From Rhina ancylostomus (lineage: Eukaryota), in NCBI GenBank assembly GCA_030265395.1, contig JARFYF010000017.1, positions 22,767,566 through 22,831,565 on the forward strand: a stretch of 64,000 nt of DNA, read 5' to 3'. Below are positions 13,761 to 30,849 of the stretch, one piece after another. Every line of letters begins with the position of its first letter. Position 1 is the first letter of the stretch. Both the position numbers and the translations under genes were made by a program. Under the pieces are notes generated by a model. That model saw only the letters and a list, made by a program, of their open reading frames with translations, made no database searches and was not told the DNA's origin.

Positions 13761-13993
13761 GCCTGATAACAAAGATCGAAAGAAAACCAAATATTGAACA
13801 AATGAAATGGGGGATTCCTTAGATATAGGAGTTTCTGTAGATGTTGCTGTTGGGTCAAATGTGTTTTTTTTTTTAAAACTGTATCAACAGGTTACTGCTT
13901 AGTTACCACATTTAATTTATGGAATAGCACTTTTTAGGGGTGTAAGCAGGAGCAAATTCTGCAGTTATAACACTTGGAAAGGAAGGAAAGTAA

Positions 13994-14377
<384 letters not shown>

Positions 14378-16396
14378 TGAAACTAGTTTTGCTGCAACAG
14401 GTATATTAGACCAGAAATAAAGCAAGTTTTGGATTTACGTAATACCTTTTGTGTCCTTTTTTAGTAGGTCCTGAATTACCTTACAGCAAATAAACTATTT
14501 AGACCATAAGACGTAGGAGCAGAATTAGGCCATTCAGATACCTACTGCTGTATTGAAGGAACATAGAAGTCATATTGTGCACAGCAAGCTTTAACAATCA
14601 GTTTGTTTTAGAAATGTTGATTCTGGAATTAATATTCCCCAGAACAGATCCACTTTCTCTTCAGAATTGTGCCATTGGATCTCTTATATCCAGTTGGGAA
14701 AGGAGTGGTGACTTGGTTTAAAGTCTCATCCAGGGGAGTTCTAACTTCTACTTCTAATGTTTAATTTATTCAGTTGATTAGAAATAAAAAGCAAACATTC
14801 AAGTGGAGTTTTACTTTGTATTGATTTTAAACTGACCATCTCAAGTAATTTCAAGCCTTTGGCACAATACTCATTCTCCCTTTCCCTCTGTGATCCATGA
14901 GCCGTGTGGATGTAAAAAGGTCATGGATAGACCAGAGCAAGCCTGACCATGAAATCTCATTGAAAATCTTCAAAAGACAGCAAAGCATGCACTGGCTTAT
15001 GGTGCAAGTAGTTTCTCAAAAGCTCTAAATATGCCTGGATTTAGATTCTTTTTAAAAACTATTAAAAATAAACAATTGCATTTTAAAATAAATAAGTACC
15101 TAACAATATCTAACTCCTAATTATTTGCATTTTGATAAATGTAACTTGCCTTATTATAACTTTTCTTCCTCAGAGCTATACAATTGCCATTCAAATGAAT
15201 GGACCTGTAGTCCGATTATGGGTTCAATTTAGCGAAGGATTCAAGAGCACATTCCCCATTGTAAATCCTGTGAAGTCTCACCATCCCTTGATTTATTATT
15301 ATATTCCATACAGAGTTCAGCACTAGAATGCAGCTGGGAAATTACCAGTGGAGTTTGGCCAGCAAGATTGCGATTTTTTTTTTTGGATTTGCCTGTAACT
15401 TTGCATGAATGAGTACTGGACAGGGGGTAACTGCCCTTGGAATTTGTGCCAGTGATGTAGTTGGCTAACATTCAGCCTAAAGAGCTTTCACTGAAAATAA
15501 ATTCCAAACATAAATGGAATACTACAACCATCTCCAAATAGGCTTTAAGCATTGTAATCAGCTTAAAAAAATAATGGGGATAATAGTGGCTTTAGGAAGG
15601 TTCCATTGGAATATTTTAATGCAAGAGTAGTTGCTGTACAGATTTAAAAAAAAGTCAGACTTTAACAGTGTACAATTGCAAAGTTGGGACATTAATGTTC
15701 AGATACCTTTTTCTTTACAAAAGTACTACCAAATGTTAGAAGGAAATAATTTGCTTACAAATAGTACATTTTACTTGCCTTGCAAGTTTAAGTGTTTTAG
15801 CACCTGTGGAGTTTTGAGGCTACATTTTTGCAAATGCACTAAAATCCTACAAGTGGCAATGAGATGGTGATGTCGATTTAATCTGTTGTAAGGGAATGAA
15901 TCTGTAGGAATATGCGGTGTCAATCTACAGACAGTCAGTGGCCTTTGTTTAATGCTGCATTTGAACAGCAGCTTTTGCAATAATGTAACACTATTTTGAT
16001 GTGTCTTCTGGATTATATGTTGCAGTGGGTTTATATAGAATTGAATTCACAACCTTCTAATCAGAAGGAAGATGGCTAACATTTGAGACAACTTAACTTT
16101 ATTTTGAGGTTTTCTCAATCAAGATAATCCAACACGCATAATTGCAAGATCAAGTTTATCAGAATCATTTCATGTTGGTTGCCCAGAGTCCCCTCTGTTT
16201 TCCTGCTTCTTGTGTTACTGTAGAATTAATATCATGAATGTGGTTTTTGAATTTTGTGATTAGTTACCCAGACTTTATTTTGCTGATGAGTCTGTTTATT
16301 CTGAAAAATAATACTTTATTTCTAATAAATGAAAGCTTTTAACATCATTATGAAGAATTGAATCACTGTCCTTTTAAACATGGCTTTTTTTTTTAA

Positions 16397-16660
<264 letters not shown>

Positions 16661-17262
16661 TAATATATCACTAATTATTTTAATTACTTACTGAAATATA
16701 AACTGTTCTTTAGTATTGCTAGAAGTGTATTGAATGTCTACCAAACGAGTATTGTGGTTTGGGCTAACTTTTGTATGCTTTTTTAAAAAAAAATTAGCGT
16801 TGAATGCAAATTAAATCAGTGATTAGTTTGAATGTTGTACTTGTGTCCCTAATGGTAACCCTAAGATTCTAGAAGAATGATGTGTCATTTCTGAACATGA
16901 AGTACATGACTTAATGTTATTTATATTGAAAGTACAACTGAAACCAAGGGGACCAACATATTTTCAGTCAATTATTTGTGAGTGCAACAGAATTTCAAAG
17001 GGTATTTTGACAACCATATTAGATCTAAACTCCTTAAATTCTATTGCAGCCTTAGGTTGTTACTTGCTCATTTCCACATGGCAATATAAAGCATGAATTC
17101 TAATAGTTTCTTTGTCATATTTGATTCACTGCACATCACAGAAATTTAAATGCTTGTCTTATGTACATTTATTGTATATATTCAAACATCTGAAACATTG
17201 CCAATTTTGTGTAGTAGAACCATCTGGCCTTATTGAAACGTTGCATATTGTCTTTATTTTAA

Positions 17263-17478
<216 letters not shown>

Positions 17479-19089
17479 TGAAGCTGAAATTTGCATTTTA
17501 ATCATTCAACTTAATGTGTTTGTGGATTTGTTGATCTTTTAGGCTTCACAGTTCGTATTAAGATAAAACAACACATGAGCAAAGTTACTCATTTTGCCTA
17601 TGTTTACTATTCTTTCTCACTTGCAATACTATTTTAGAAACATGGTTTTTAATGTTTGTTTCCAACTTAATTCATCTCTGCAACTGATTTCTGTTGAAGT
17701 GGGAACAATTTTGTAAAAAGCTGTCATTTAATTGGGTTTAAATTTTAAACCAATTTATGGAAGATGGAAAATCTGACATGGTGCCATACCTGTGGGCCTG
17801 TTGGTTTCTTAAAAAAAATCTTAGTGTATGTAATAAGGAGCTGTCAAACAATTTTGAGAGATCAAAATTAAAGCTATGCTTGATGGACTGATGGTTAAAA
17901 ATATTTTAAAGAACTTTGACAGCAATTCTACTTAAACTATTTATTTAAATAACAAAATCGTAAACCAGGTACATTTGCATACATCTTTGTTATTCACAGG
18001 ATGCTGGCAAGGTCACAATATATTGTTCATCTCTAATTGTGCAGGAGAATATAGTGACCTTACTCCTTAAGTCACTAAAGTTGCTACGGTGAGGGTATTT
18101 TGACTGTGTGGTTAGGTAGCAAGATCCAGAATATTGACTTTGCAGGAATGAAAGGAAAGCTATTTGTATTTCCAAGTTAGGATGATGTGTGCGACTTAGA
18201 GACGCTGTTCCTTTGTGCCTTCTACCATTATTTTCTAGGCATTAGAGATCACTGGGTTGGGAGTTGCCTTCAAAGAAGCCTTGGTGAGTTATTGCAGTAC
18301 AGTTTGTAGATGGTACACATTACAGTCTTCTTTTCATGCTGTTGGTGGATGGGATGCTTTTGCCAGAACTTTGAATTTTTCACAGCAAAACTCTTCATAC
18401 AAGTTGAAAGATTTCCATCACATTTCTAAATTTTGCCTCAAATGGTTTGTAAACCTTTTGGGTGCTGCAATATATCCTGCTCGTGTAACCACAGTATGTA
18501 TGAGCTGAGTTCATTTGGATTTCTGGTTAACACTAACCCTCAGAATGTTAGAGGACAGTAGATTTCGGCAATGGCAATGCCCTTGAATAACAAGGAGAAG
18601 TGGTTAGATTCTCATGTTGGAGCATATTGCTGTCTGGCATTTATATCCACAAATATTTCTTCCTTTTTAAAAGCCCAATGACGTGATCTTTACCATGTGA
18701 GAATTCCAAGAGAAATGCTGGGAGCAGCACCAATATGGCGCTTTTCAACCATGTTAAAGCTCTTGACTCCATCAATGGGGAGGGATGCAGGGCGCTCTCC
18801 TCCAATTTGGCTACCCACAGAAATTTGTTTACATCTTGCTTTTGCTCTATGATTGCATGCAAACCATGACTTTAACTGACAGATCTACAACTTAGTCAAT
18901 GTCAATGAAGACTTGTAAAACAAGGCTACATCATTACCCCAACATGTTTCCAGTCTCTCCCACTAGTGCTGCTCCTTGCAGAATTCCTTTAGGAGTAGAG
19001 ATAGTCTTCAGAACACAAGTTATTCTTCAGCCTACAGCATATACATTTCAGAACCAAGATAACTGGAACCTTCGTAGTCAAGCTGCAGA

Positions 19090-19625
19090 AGATGGTGCAT
19101 GCAAATGCTCAGAGGCTGGCCCCCAAATCTTTTGTCGATTCATTCACCAAAGCATTGTTGAGAATGATCCTTGTATCTAGCACCCACATGATAAATGTTC
19201 TCTTCCAACTTGCTCTTGCTGTATATAACACTGCTCTTTGGCAATAAAGGTTCACAGTAAGAGACTGGAAATTGTGGACTACTCATTTCCAGGCAGCCAC
19301 CTCTTAGCAAAAGCAACCATTTATGAAGAAATTCATGATTGCCTACAATGTGCCTGCACAGCCTCTGCTTGATTGAAGAAAAGGGTGTTTGAAGATCAAG
19401 ATCTTAAAACTGGCTCAAAACTTGGCCTACTAACAGCAACAACCTGAGCCATCCTCTATGCTTTTGAACCTAGATGACTTACAACCAGTATCTCAAGGCA
19501 CTGGAAAAATACCACCTATGAATTCTCCTCAAAATTCTCTAAATTCACAGGAAGGATAAACAAGTCAATGTCTGTGCCTTCTCCCAAGCTTGCGTCACCA
19601 GCATTGAGGTTCTAATTATGCACAC
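19090..19625 (+). mobile_element. decayed RTE-clade LINE fragment
   Basis: Decayed YLGS.LS / LKKRVFEDQDLK / LKALEKYH-type RTE RT C-terminal motifs. Confidence 0.5.
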
Positions 19626-20149
19626 TTAACTTTTTTCTGCATTCTCTCAATTGCATCTATCCTTTTTATAATATGGCAATCAGGACTGTAATAGGTACAA
19701 TAAGTGTGTCTAAAACAAAATTGTTCAATGCTGGTTTAGTTTAATTTTCCTACTTTTCAATTGTTTCCCTGAAAATATAACTTGCTTTTTTTTAATGGCT
19801 TGGCTAACTCTTAGAGAGACACTTCATGATTGGTGTTATTTGTCCTCCAAAGTCCCTTTTATTCCTTTACTCTGCCTTGTCTAACACCTACCAAATGCTA
19901 AGTGATCACATATTTTTCCAATAACATTTTGATAGGAAAGAATGTAGCTTAAGCTTCTGTTCTAAATTGAAGCAAGGCCATTTTTTACTAGTTGAGTCAT
20001 GATTAACAAATGTGGACTGGAAGCAGCTAGAAATATATTGGAGTGAGAAGCATTCAAAAAAGAGTCAGTAAAGTTCAGAACAAATGTGTTTTGTGGGGAA
20101 GGATTGCAGTCAATGGTCCTTCTGCCAATGAACACTGAAGGCCTGTATC

Positions 20150-21092
20150 CTGTGTGAATTGGTAATAACGTCTCCTCACTGACAATCAATACAGGTGCAC
20201 CACAAGGATGTGTGTAGCCCACTGCTCCTTTCTCTTTAACTCACAACTGTGTGGCTAAGCATAGCCTAAACCCCATCTATAAATTTGCCAATGACACCAC
20301 TGTTGTTGGTAGGATCTCAGACAGTGATGAGGAGGCATACAGGAGCGAGATAGATCAGCTGATTGAGTGGTGTCGCAACAACAACCTCACACTCAATGTC
20401 AGCAAGACCAAGGAATTGACTGGACTTCAGGAAGGGGAAGTTGGGAGAGCACACAGCAGTCCTCATTGAGGGGTCGTGGCAGAAAGGGTGAGCAGCTTCA
20501 AGTTCCTGGGCATCAACATCTCAGAGGATCTATCCTGGGTCCAACACATTGATGCAATCATGAAGAAAGCATGTCAGAGGCTCTACTTCATTTAGAGCTT
20601 GAGGGCATTTGTTATGTCACCAAAGACCCTTGCAGATTTCTACATCTGTACGGTGGAGAGCATTCTGACTGGTTGCCTCACAGCCTGGTATGGAGGCTCC
20701 AATGCACAGGATCAAAAGAGGTTGCAGAGGGTTGTAGACTTAGTCAGCTCCTTTATGGACACAAAGCTCCCTACCATCTTCAAGAGGCAGTGCCTCAAGA
20801 AGGTGGCATCCATCACTAAGGACCCGAACCATCCACGACATGCCATTTTTGCATTACTACCATCAGGGAGGAGGTTCAGGAGCCTGAAGATGCACACCCA
20901 ACATTTTAGGAACAGCTTCTTCCCCTCTGCCATCAGATTTCTGAACAATTTGTGAACACTACCTCATTATTCCTCTTTTGCACTGTTTATTTATCCTTGT
21001 AACTTGCAGTAATTTTTATGTCTTGTGCTCTACTGCTGCTGCAAAACAACAAATTTCATAACATATGTCAGTGATAATCAACCTGATTCTGA
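20150..21092 (+). mobile_element. 5'-truncated Rex1/L2-like LINE, same family as 4651-5492
   Basis: GAPQG..., YKFANDTTVVGRISDSDEEAYRSE..WCRNNNLTLNVSKTKEL and NSFFPSAIRFLN, with frameshifts and an intact 3' tail. Confidence 0.9.
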
Positions 21093-23286
21093 TTTGGTTT
21101 AACAGCTTCTCAAATGCTTCAAGGGTTATTGTTTAAATAGGAAACATGACAGGCATTGGTGCTTGGTAAGAATATGTATTGGTCTGATGCCGCAATGAAT
21201 GTAAAGAAAGATGTGAGCAGCTTGTATTTTATTTCTTGTGTACAGCTGAATCAACTTATGGAGAGCACTACATATGAGCAAGCTCCCATAATATTATTAT
21301 ATTTAAAAAATCTGAATATACACATGTTCATTCCTACGAATGGCTGAACTAGTTTCCTCTCTCTTTCCACTTTTAATAATCGTTCTTATCAGTCTTGTGT
21401 GCTTTTGATGCCATTCCTTAAATACAGTGTTGGTATGGTTACCATATCTAGTGAATTTTGTGTATTTTCCAACTTGTGATCAAAATTGACCAAAGGGACA
21501 TCAATTAAAACAGAACCTATTTGTTACCCGTGGATATCCTGTATTTATTTATGAATGCTATATATTTAAAATAAAAATTATCCATTTAAAGAAAATAAGC
21601 TCTGAATTTTACACCTTATTGTTGTTCAGAAACACATTCAGGACTGCATTGCACTTTCTCTGTAGCTGTAACACTTTATTCTGCACTCTTTTTCCTTGTA
21701 CTACCTCAATGCACTGTGTAATGAATTGATCTATACAAATGGTATGCAAGAAAAGTTTTTCACTGTACCTCTGTACACATGACAGTAATAATAAAAAAAA
21801 CAAACACAGAGCAAGATAAAGTTTAAAGAAAAAGGTGAGACATTGGGGATACCGAGAGCTAACCACAGCAAAAAAAAACCTGGAAGAATATAGAAGGTAC
21901 AGGAATAACACTTAAAAAGGAAGTTAGGAAGCCAAATATAATGCATGAAAAATATTGGCAGGTAAAATCATGGAAAATTTAAGATGTTCAATAAATATGT
22001 GAAAGAGGATTAAAAAGAAAGGAGTAGGTCCTGTTAGTGACCAAAACAACAGTGTATGTACGTAGACAAAAACATGAGAACAATGAGTATTTTCTGTGTC
22101 TTCACAGAAGGGTGAAATGATCAGGACGCTGATGTCACAGATGCCTTTGTTACCGCTTGGAGTCTACTATTCCAGAGCTCTCATAGCTGGCCACCCACTT
22201 CAGACATTCCCTAAACTTGATCTCAACCAAAATGCTGCTGTATATATTTCATCTCTCCTGGTTGGCACCCAGTCCAGTGGAACCATGGTTATAAATTGCT
22301 CATCCTTGTTTTTAAATCCTAATGGTTCCACCTCTCTTCCTGTAATCTGCATTACATTCCTCAGATCTCTGCACTCCATTAATTACACTTTCTTGCATTA
22401 TTATAGTTTCACCACCATTGGCATTAAAATGTGGTTTACATGCAGATATCTTGATGCTCTCTGACATTCTCCTTTGGGGTTCCTTAAATTGTACCTCCAG
22501 GCAAGCTTGCTCAGTATCAGATTTTACCTGATGATGCTCCTGTGAATTGCTATGTGATGTTTGACAATTGGTGCAATATAGATTCAGATTGTTTTTGTAC
22601 CAATTAATGAAACACATTGATCCTCCTGAGTGTTGAAAAGGATGCAGATCTGTCAGAGATTTATTATTAGACTGTAGGATGCTCTTAACATTTTTCTGTT
22701 GATTTGTATGTGATTGTTTGGTCATTTCAATTCCAGTGATTCTCCTTCCCTGTTCTGTGCTTTCATATTCCAAATGAAGATAGTCAAGTTGATTGCACTT
22801 CAGCTTATTTTTTACAATTACGCAAACTTGAAACTCCCAGTCAAGAAAGTTGTTACAAATAATTGTGCTGACAGCAATTTGTGCACAATAATAGAAATAC
22901 TGACGATGTTTTGTGTTATTCAAAACTGACTATTGTCAAATATATCCTTACAAAGGATACATAAATATCCTGCACTTTATTTGTAATGCCTTTTTTGTAT
23001 TCTATGAAGCTTTATGAAGTTTATCAAAATGTTGTTTCAAGATGACAAGATCCATGGCCTGATTATTAAATTGTAGAAGTGCATGCTTTTAAAATAACAG
23101 TATTAAAAGAACCGAAAGGATGATTACCTAATTCTAATTTTACACAATCCAACTGCTATCATTTTAGATGAAACAGTTCACTCAGGTTCTAGGTTGCTCT
23201 GTTCAGTAACTTTGAATTAGAGAAGCACTTTCAAAATACTATGAAAAGTTGAATCATGATGTAATTTTATAAGTGTCATTGTTTAA

Positions 23287-24055
<769 letters not shown>

Positions 24056-24120
24056 TAGTATTTGGTGCAACTAAAATCTGGCACACAATAGTCATTATAT
24101 GTAGATCTGTTTTGGTTTAA

Positions 24121-24267
<147 letters not shown>

Positions 24268-24329
24268 TGAAGATATGTTTTTATTTTGAGACCTTCCTCA
24301 AAATTTACAGTAGTGGTATAATTGTTCAT

Positions 24330-24885
24330 GCTTGAGCACTGTAGCGCAGTACAGGCCCTTTGGCCCACAATGTTGTGCCGACATTTTATTCTGCTCTAAG
24401 ATCTAACCCTTCCCTCCCACATAGCCCCCTATTTTTCTATCATTCATGTGTCTGCCTAAGAGCCTCTTAACANNNNNNNNNNNNNNNNNNNNNNNNNNNN
24501 NNNNNNNNNACAACAACCTCTGCCAGCAGTGAGTTCCACGCACCCACCACTCTCTGTGTAAAAAAAAAAACCCTTACCCCTGACATTCCCCCTTACACCT
24601 TCCTCCAATCACCTTAAAATTATGCCCCCTTGTCGCCCCGGGGAAAAGTCTCTAACTGTCTACTCAATCTATTCCTCTTTTCATCTTGTACACCTCCATC
24701 AAGTCACCTTCTCATCATCCTCTCCAAAGAGAAAAGCCCTAGCTTGTTCAACCCATCCTCATAAGACATGCTCTCCAATCCAGGCAATATCCTGGTAAAT
24801 CTCTGCACCCTCTCTAAAGCTTCCACATCCTTTCTCTAATGAGGCAACTGGAAAGGAACACAATACTCCAAGTGTGGTCTGACGA
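24330..24885 (-). mobile_element. CR1 LINE 3' fragment
   Basis: ACAGGCCCTTTGGCCCACAATGTTGTGCCGAC tail and CAATACTCCAAGTGTGGTCT (reverse of RPHLEY). Confidence 0.7.
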
Positions 24886-24929
24886 TGAATTAAACAAAGT
24901 ATAGAATTTCCAATGAGTAATGAAATAAT

Positions 24930-25600
24930 GACAGTTGCTGCTAATCTTGAAGAAAGCTCCTTTCAGAGATCCAGCAATCCCTGGTGTGGCTAACAGTCCT
25001 TCTTGAGAAGGTACTCCCACAGTGCTGTTGGTAAGTGTTTTCAGAATTTAGACCCAGTAATGAAGAAGGACCAGGGATATGTTTCCAAATTAGGTTAATG
25101 CATAACTTAGAGCAGAATTACAGTTTGGTGTTGCCATGCACCTACTGTTCTTGTCCTTTTTTGTGGTGGAGGTCACAGGTCTGGGAGTTGAAGCCTGGCT
25201 GACTAACTGGAGCACTTGTTTTAGATACTGTGCCACCATGTATGGAGGAAATGAATGTTGTTGGTGGTGAATGAGGTGTCAATCGTTTGGGCCACTTTGT
25301 CCTGGATGGTGTTGAACTTCTTGAGAGTTATTGAAGCTGCACTCATCCAGCAAGTGGAGAATTTTCCATCACAGTCCTCTTGTCTTGTGGCTTTAGATTA
25401 GTGGAACAGCTTTGGGGTGTCATGTGGTGAGTCATTTGCTATAGGATACCCAGTCTCTGACTTGCTCTTGCAGCTATAGTTTTTGTGGCTGGTTCAACTG
25501 AATTTCTGGTCAGTGATGATCTCCAGGATATTGATGAAGAAGGATTAATCAATGGGATGCCATTGAATGTCAAAGTTGGCATTTTGCTGGCATGAATATT
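24930..25600 (-). mobile_element. decayed L2/Crack-like LINE (related pieces at 8690-9010, 18140-18640, 62975-63190)
   Basis: Shared CCAAAGC..TCCAC.ATCTA.AAG.CACAAG (TIYKAQVR-like) motif among copies. Confidence 0.5.
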
Positions 25601-26412
25601 ACTCATTTTGCATGCCAATCAATCACCATTATTGAGAGTTGTTACATCAAAGGCTATGGAACCAGAAAACATCCATCTGTAGTACTGAAGATCTGCTGAA
25701 TATTAGTCATTTATAGTCAGGCCATAAATTCTTGGTGGTAATTTGTGAACTTATTGCAGGTAACATGTTGAAAGCTGAATGGAACACTTAATCTTTAAAC
25801 CACTGAAAACATTGGTAGAATTTTTTTTTAAATCAGGAATGTAATCTAAATTGAGACAGAAATCATTACCAAATATTTAAATTTCAGCCTTGTTTTATGC
25901 TTCTTTGTAAACCTCTCTAATTCAATTACTGTCATGAAATAATTCTGGTGAATACCTAGGCCGAAATAACTGCTGCTTTTTCAAAGCTAAACCAAGTCAA
26001 CTACTGTTTGTACAAACCAAGTCAAAGATAGTTAAGTAGCATGGATAAATATTAAGGAGAGAGCTCTCTAGTTGTCCTCTTCATTCAATGGCATGCAGCA
26101 CATATTGGAAAGCAGAATAGTCCTTCCAGAAACAACACAATGTAATCTCCTGATATCTTTTGTCTAAAGATACAGTACAATCTTGAAGGAAAAGTTTGCA
26201 GAGCTATAGCATAGAACTTTTATGAAGTAAGCTAATGAACCATGGGCTGCCTTTTATGATTTTTTCTATATTCTTAACATATCTCTTTCCCATCCTCAGA
26301 GAAACATATAATAGCCCCTGTTCAAATATACCAAAATCATTGTCCAGTGATTATTTAAATAAAATCTGAAAATATCAAGTAACATTCACATTTTCATTTC
26401 ATTTTCTTCTGA

Positions 26413-26547
<135 letters not shown>

Positions 26548-27470
26548 TAATTATGATTCGCATTAATAGCGTTTTTTATAAACTGTTATGTAAATATGTT
26601 CCTATTTGAAATAGCTGTTCCTACTTTTAACAAACGTAAAACACCAGAAGCAGCTTCCTGAATGGCTCAGTTGAATCAGTATCTTGTAATAACTGGGGTG
26701 TCTTCTGGGAAAGATTACACTGTTACATTTTTGCCTTTATTTTAAGCTGATTGTTAGAAGAAGATATTTAACAGGAGCTTGTGGGCAGTAGTTTTGTCTC
26801 TGAGGTTAGGATCTCTGCTGTCATAGTGAAGCTGAATCTCAACCATTAAGGGAACAAACTTGTTAATGTCAATTAATAATGCTATAGATGAGGAATAATA
26901 CTATTTCAAAGCAAGACTGAAAAGTAAGATGAAAGGACTTGTACTTAGTAAAATGTAAATGTTAAATGCAGGCTGGTTGAGGCAAAAACATTAGACATCA
27001 TGATGGTGAAGAGAGACTTGAGCTTTAGTTGGAAAAATGTTAATTTATAATTGTTGAATATCCAGCTAGTGTTAGTAAGCTATTCACTCATGGGCAGGTC
27101 ATTAGTCAAGTCTATTCCCTTTTGCACCCAGTGGTAATACACAGAAACCATTGAATAGCCGAGAGTAGAAACAGTGTTGTTTTTCTTCCCCCACTTCTTG
27201 TCTACCTTGGGGATGGTAAAGTGGAGATGATCCCCCTTTTGGATTATTGAACAACTAGACAAAAACAGAGCAATAAGTTTTTGGGAAAATAAACTTTGGT
27301 TATGTTTTCAAATACACTATCAAGTATGAACATCCTTTATTATTATATTTAACTTCAGAAAATGTCATGAAACTTTTATTTTGTGTGTTTTTTTTAACCA
27401 TTTATTTCATGTTCTAGTATGACTATGGTAAATTGCAAGTAACTCCTGATCTGACTACTACTCTCTCTAG

Positions 27471-27635
<165 letters not shown>

Positions 27636-29049
27636 TAAATTTGTAAATATTTGCACGATTCTTTCCTCTCAGTGGGAGGAACTTATTGGCTTCTGTTGGC
27701 TAAAATTATGTATATTCAACATCCTGGATATCCAAGATCTCTATGATTTGTTTTTTTTTGACCCATCAAGGTGATAAAGAGTGACTATCTCATTTTATGT
27801 ATCTTTGGTATTTTTCATCCTGTCTGGATGAGAGGATTGGAGACCCACCTTCTAGTCACCTTCTGAAGCCACTGAAACTGGCTTGTGGAAGGGAATGAAT
27901 CAGGATGACTTTCTCTCCTTGTTGCAAATGAAAATTATCAATCCTTTTCATGTGAGGTGCTGAATTTGACATCCTCAATTCTCCCAGTGTAAAAATGATA
28001 CCTTGTGCTGTTTTACATTTCATTAACCTTAAGAGCACTCTCTACTATTGAGAAAGTTCTTAAGGCTAATGAAACAATCTATCCCTTTGTTTCACCCACT
28101 GCCCAACTTCCACATTTTGTGTTGCCTAGGCTACCTTGTTTCTTTTTCAGTTCTGATGAAGGGTCTCAGACATGCACTGTTTTCCTTTCTACAGATTTTG
28201 CCTGATCTGCTGAATTTTTCCAGCATATGTAACATGTATGTATTTTCCGACTGTTCGATAGAGTCTTGACATTCAGCAGTCACCTTCCAGTATGTTGCAT
28301 GTGGTGGTTATCCATGAACTTCAAGTGTCTGCGGACTATTGAGTTATAGAGAATTTGTGCTTCAAAAGCAAAATACTGCAGATACTGGAAATTTGAGGGG
28401 GGAACAAAAGCAGAAAAGTACTGGAAACACTCAGCAAATCAGACAATATTAATGTGGAGAGAGAACAGAGTTAAACTGCTGATGAAAGTTCATTGATCTG
28501 AAATATTAACTATATTAATCTTGTATGCAAATCCAGCAGTATAGTTTTTAAGCACAAGCCTTTTTTTAATCGAGGAATAATAAGGTCTTTTATACCTCAA
28601 CCTAGCTGAGAATTGCACATTGAACAAAAGGGAGGTTTACAATTATATAGTGTATATCACAGCCTTTCATATGGGAAAAGATGGCATCACAGTTGCAAGT
28701 AAGGAATCACAAACAGCAAATGACATGAATAACCATTCTGTTTTCGGTAGACGTTGAATTATAAATCTTCTTAGAATGTCATTGCTTATCACACCATGCC
28801 TTTATTTAGCTTCCATCTAAAAAGGCAGGATTAACACCTTATTTGAAAAAGTTTCTCTGTACGACCCAGAATTAGCAGTGCTCAAGTTCATAGTAAGAAT
28901 ATAACCTTTGACACAAGATAACATTCAAATTGTAACTTGAAGATAGAAACTGTAGTTTTCCTCAAATTCATCAACTTCCTGGATGAATTCTGAGTCATCA
29001 TAATTAATAGAGATACTTAAATAATTTGCATTTTCTTACAACATTGGAG

Positions 29050-29312
29050 ATCATTGAGCCCATCAGTCCCATTTCCCTGTAACCTACACCCTCTCAAATG
29101 TCCATCAATTGCTCAGTTCTCCTGCCATCCCCACTCTGGGCAATTACAGTAGCTAATTAGCCTACCAGCACATCTATGACATGGGTGGAAACCAGAGCAC
29201 CTGTGGACAACCCATGTAGTAACGGATATGCAAACTTCATATATGGCATCCATTGAACCCAGATCCCTAGAGATATGAGGCAGCAGCAATAACTGTGTGC
29301 CATAATGCTGCC
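29050..29312 (-). mobile_element. decayed V-SINE copy
   Basis: GGAAACCAGAGCACCTG..ACCCATG..TGCAAACT, reverse V-domain. Confidence 0.65.
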
Positions 29313-29769
29313 CCTTTTATAGCTATCTGTAAGTAGCTTAGGTTACCTGTCTAAAAAAGCAATTTTTAAGGCTGGATGGGTGTGCGAATAGGCTACAGTG
29401 TTGTTATTTTGCCTCTTTGCATGTACTAAAATTAAATCTTGCTGCAAGCTCCCCCTGCCCCCCCCACTTGTATTAATTAATTATTTCCCCATTCTTTCCT
29501 CCTCCTCCTCCCAATTGCAGTCATTGTTAATCACCTGATCACTTGAATTATCTTGTCTAACTTAGGGCTTTCTTGACCAAACAGTACTTTATCCCGACCA
29601 ATTTATCAGGTATAATTAAAAAAATTATTGCTGTTTGCATGGAGTACTTAATACTGTTTAGTCATGTTCTGTATGTTATGCATTAGTTATTCTCAATGAT
29701 ATGCTTATCTGCATTTGCAAGTTTTAGGAGTAGATTAATCGTGTTTTGGGAATTGAATGAGATCAAATG

Positions 29770-29899
29770 TGGCGCACACAGTAGCATAGTGGTTAGCACA
29801 ATGCTGTTACAGCGCCAGCGATCCGGGTTCGATTCCCGCCGCTGCCTGTAAGGAGTTTGTATGTTCTCCCGTGTCTGCGTGGGTTTCCTCCGGGTGCTC
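29770..29899 (+). mobile_element. tRNA-derived V-SINE (HE1-like), young copy, runs into a gap
   Basis: A-box-like TAGCATAGTGG, B box GGTTCGATTCC, V-domain GTTTGTATGTTCTCCCCGTGTCTGCGTGGGTTTCCTCCGGGTGCTC. CpGs retained. Confidence 0.85.
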
Positions 29900-30335
29900 N
29901 NNNNNNNNNNNNNNNNNNNNNNNNNNNNNNNNNNNNNNNNNNNNNNNNNNNNNNNNNNNNNNNNNNNNNNNNNNNNNNNNNNNNCCAGGGAAGCAGTGGA
30001 GGCTACCTCATTAGATATACTTAAGAGACAGTTAGATAGATCTTTGCATAGTAGGGGAATTAAGGGTTATAGGGAAAAGGCAGGTAGGTGGATCTGAGTC
30101 CATGGCCAGATCAGCCATGATCTTATTGAATGGCAGAGCAGGCTCGATGGGCCAGATGTCCTACTCCTACTCCTATTTCTTGTGTAATTCATTGACAGCT
30201 GCTTATTGGATAAGTCGTGTACATTTGCAGAATTGGCAGTATGTTTTGTGTTCCTAAAATCTAACCGAATGTACGTGGAAGCAAAAGTAAGAATACAGAT
30301 AGTAACCTCCTGAACTTAAATAGCATAATGTTTAA

Positions 30336-30629
<294 letters not shown>

Positions 30630-30849
30630 TAAGGAGCGCTCATTTTTTCATGCAGTTTTGCTTTTAAAAGGATCACTTTCTTAGCGAATTGGATAACCAG
30701 GGCTGTAAATAAAGCTTTAAATAGTAGTGTTATCAGTTCTGTTGAGGGAAATTTTTTAAAAAGTTGAAGAAAAATAACAAAATTATGACTGCAGGGTGGC
30801 AGATTGTCAGAATCTGTCAAAAAGGGACAGTGCATACAAACGTAATGAG

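Noticed and set aside
22312-22923. 203-aa minus-strand ORF in SPG7 intron 10
   Set aside because: No recognisable motif, overlaps decayed repeat sequence and lacks splice context; likely chance.
29770-29845. tRNA gene
   Set aside because: A/B boxes run directly into a V-SINE core; it is a SINE head, not a cloverleaf tRNA.
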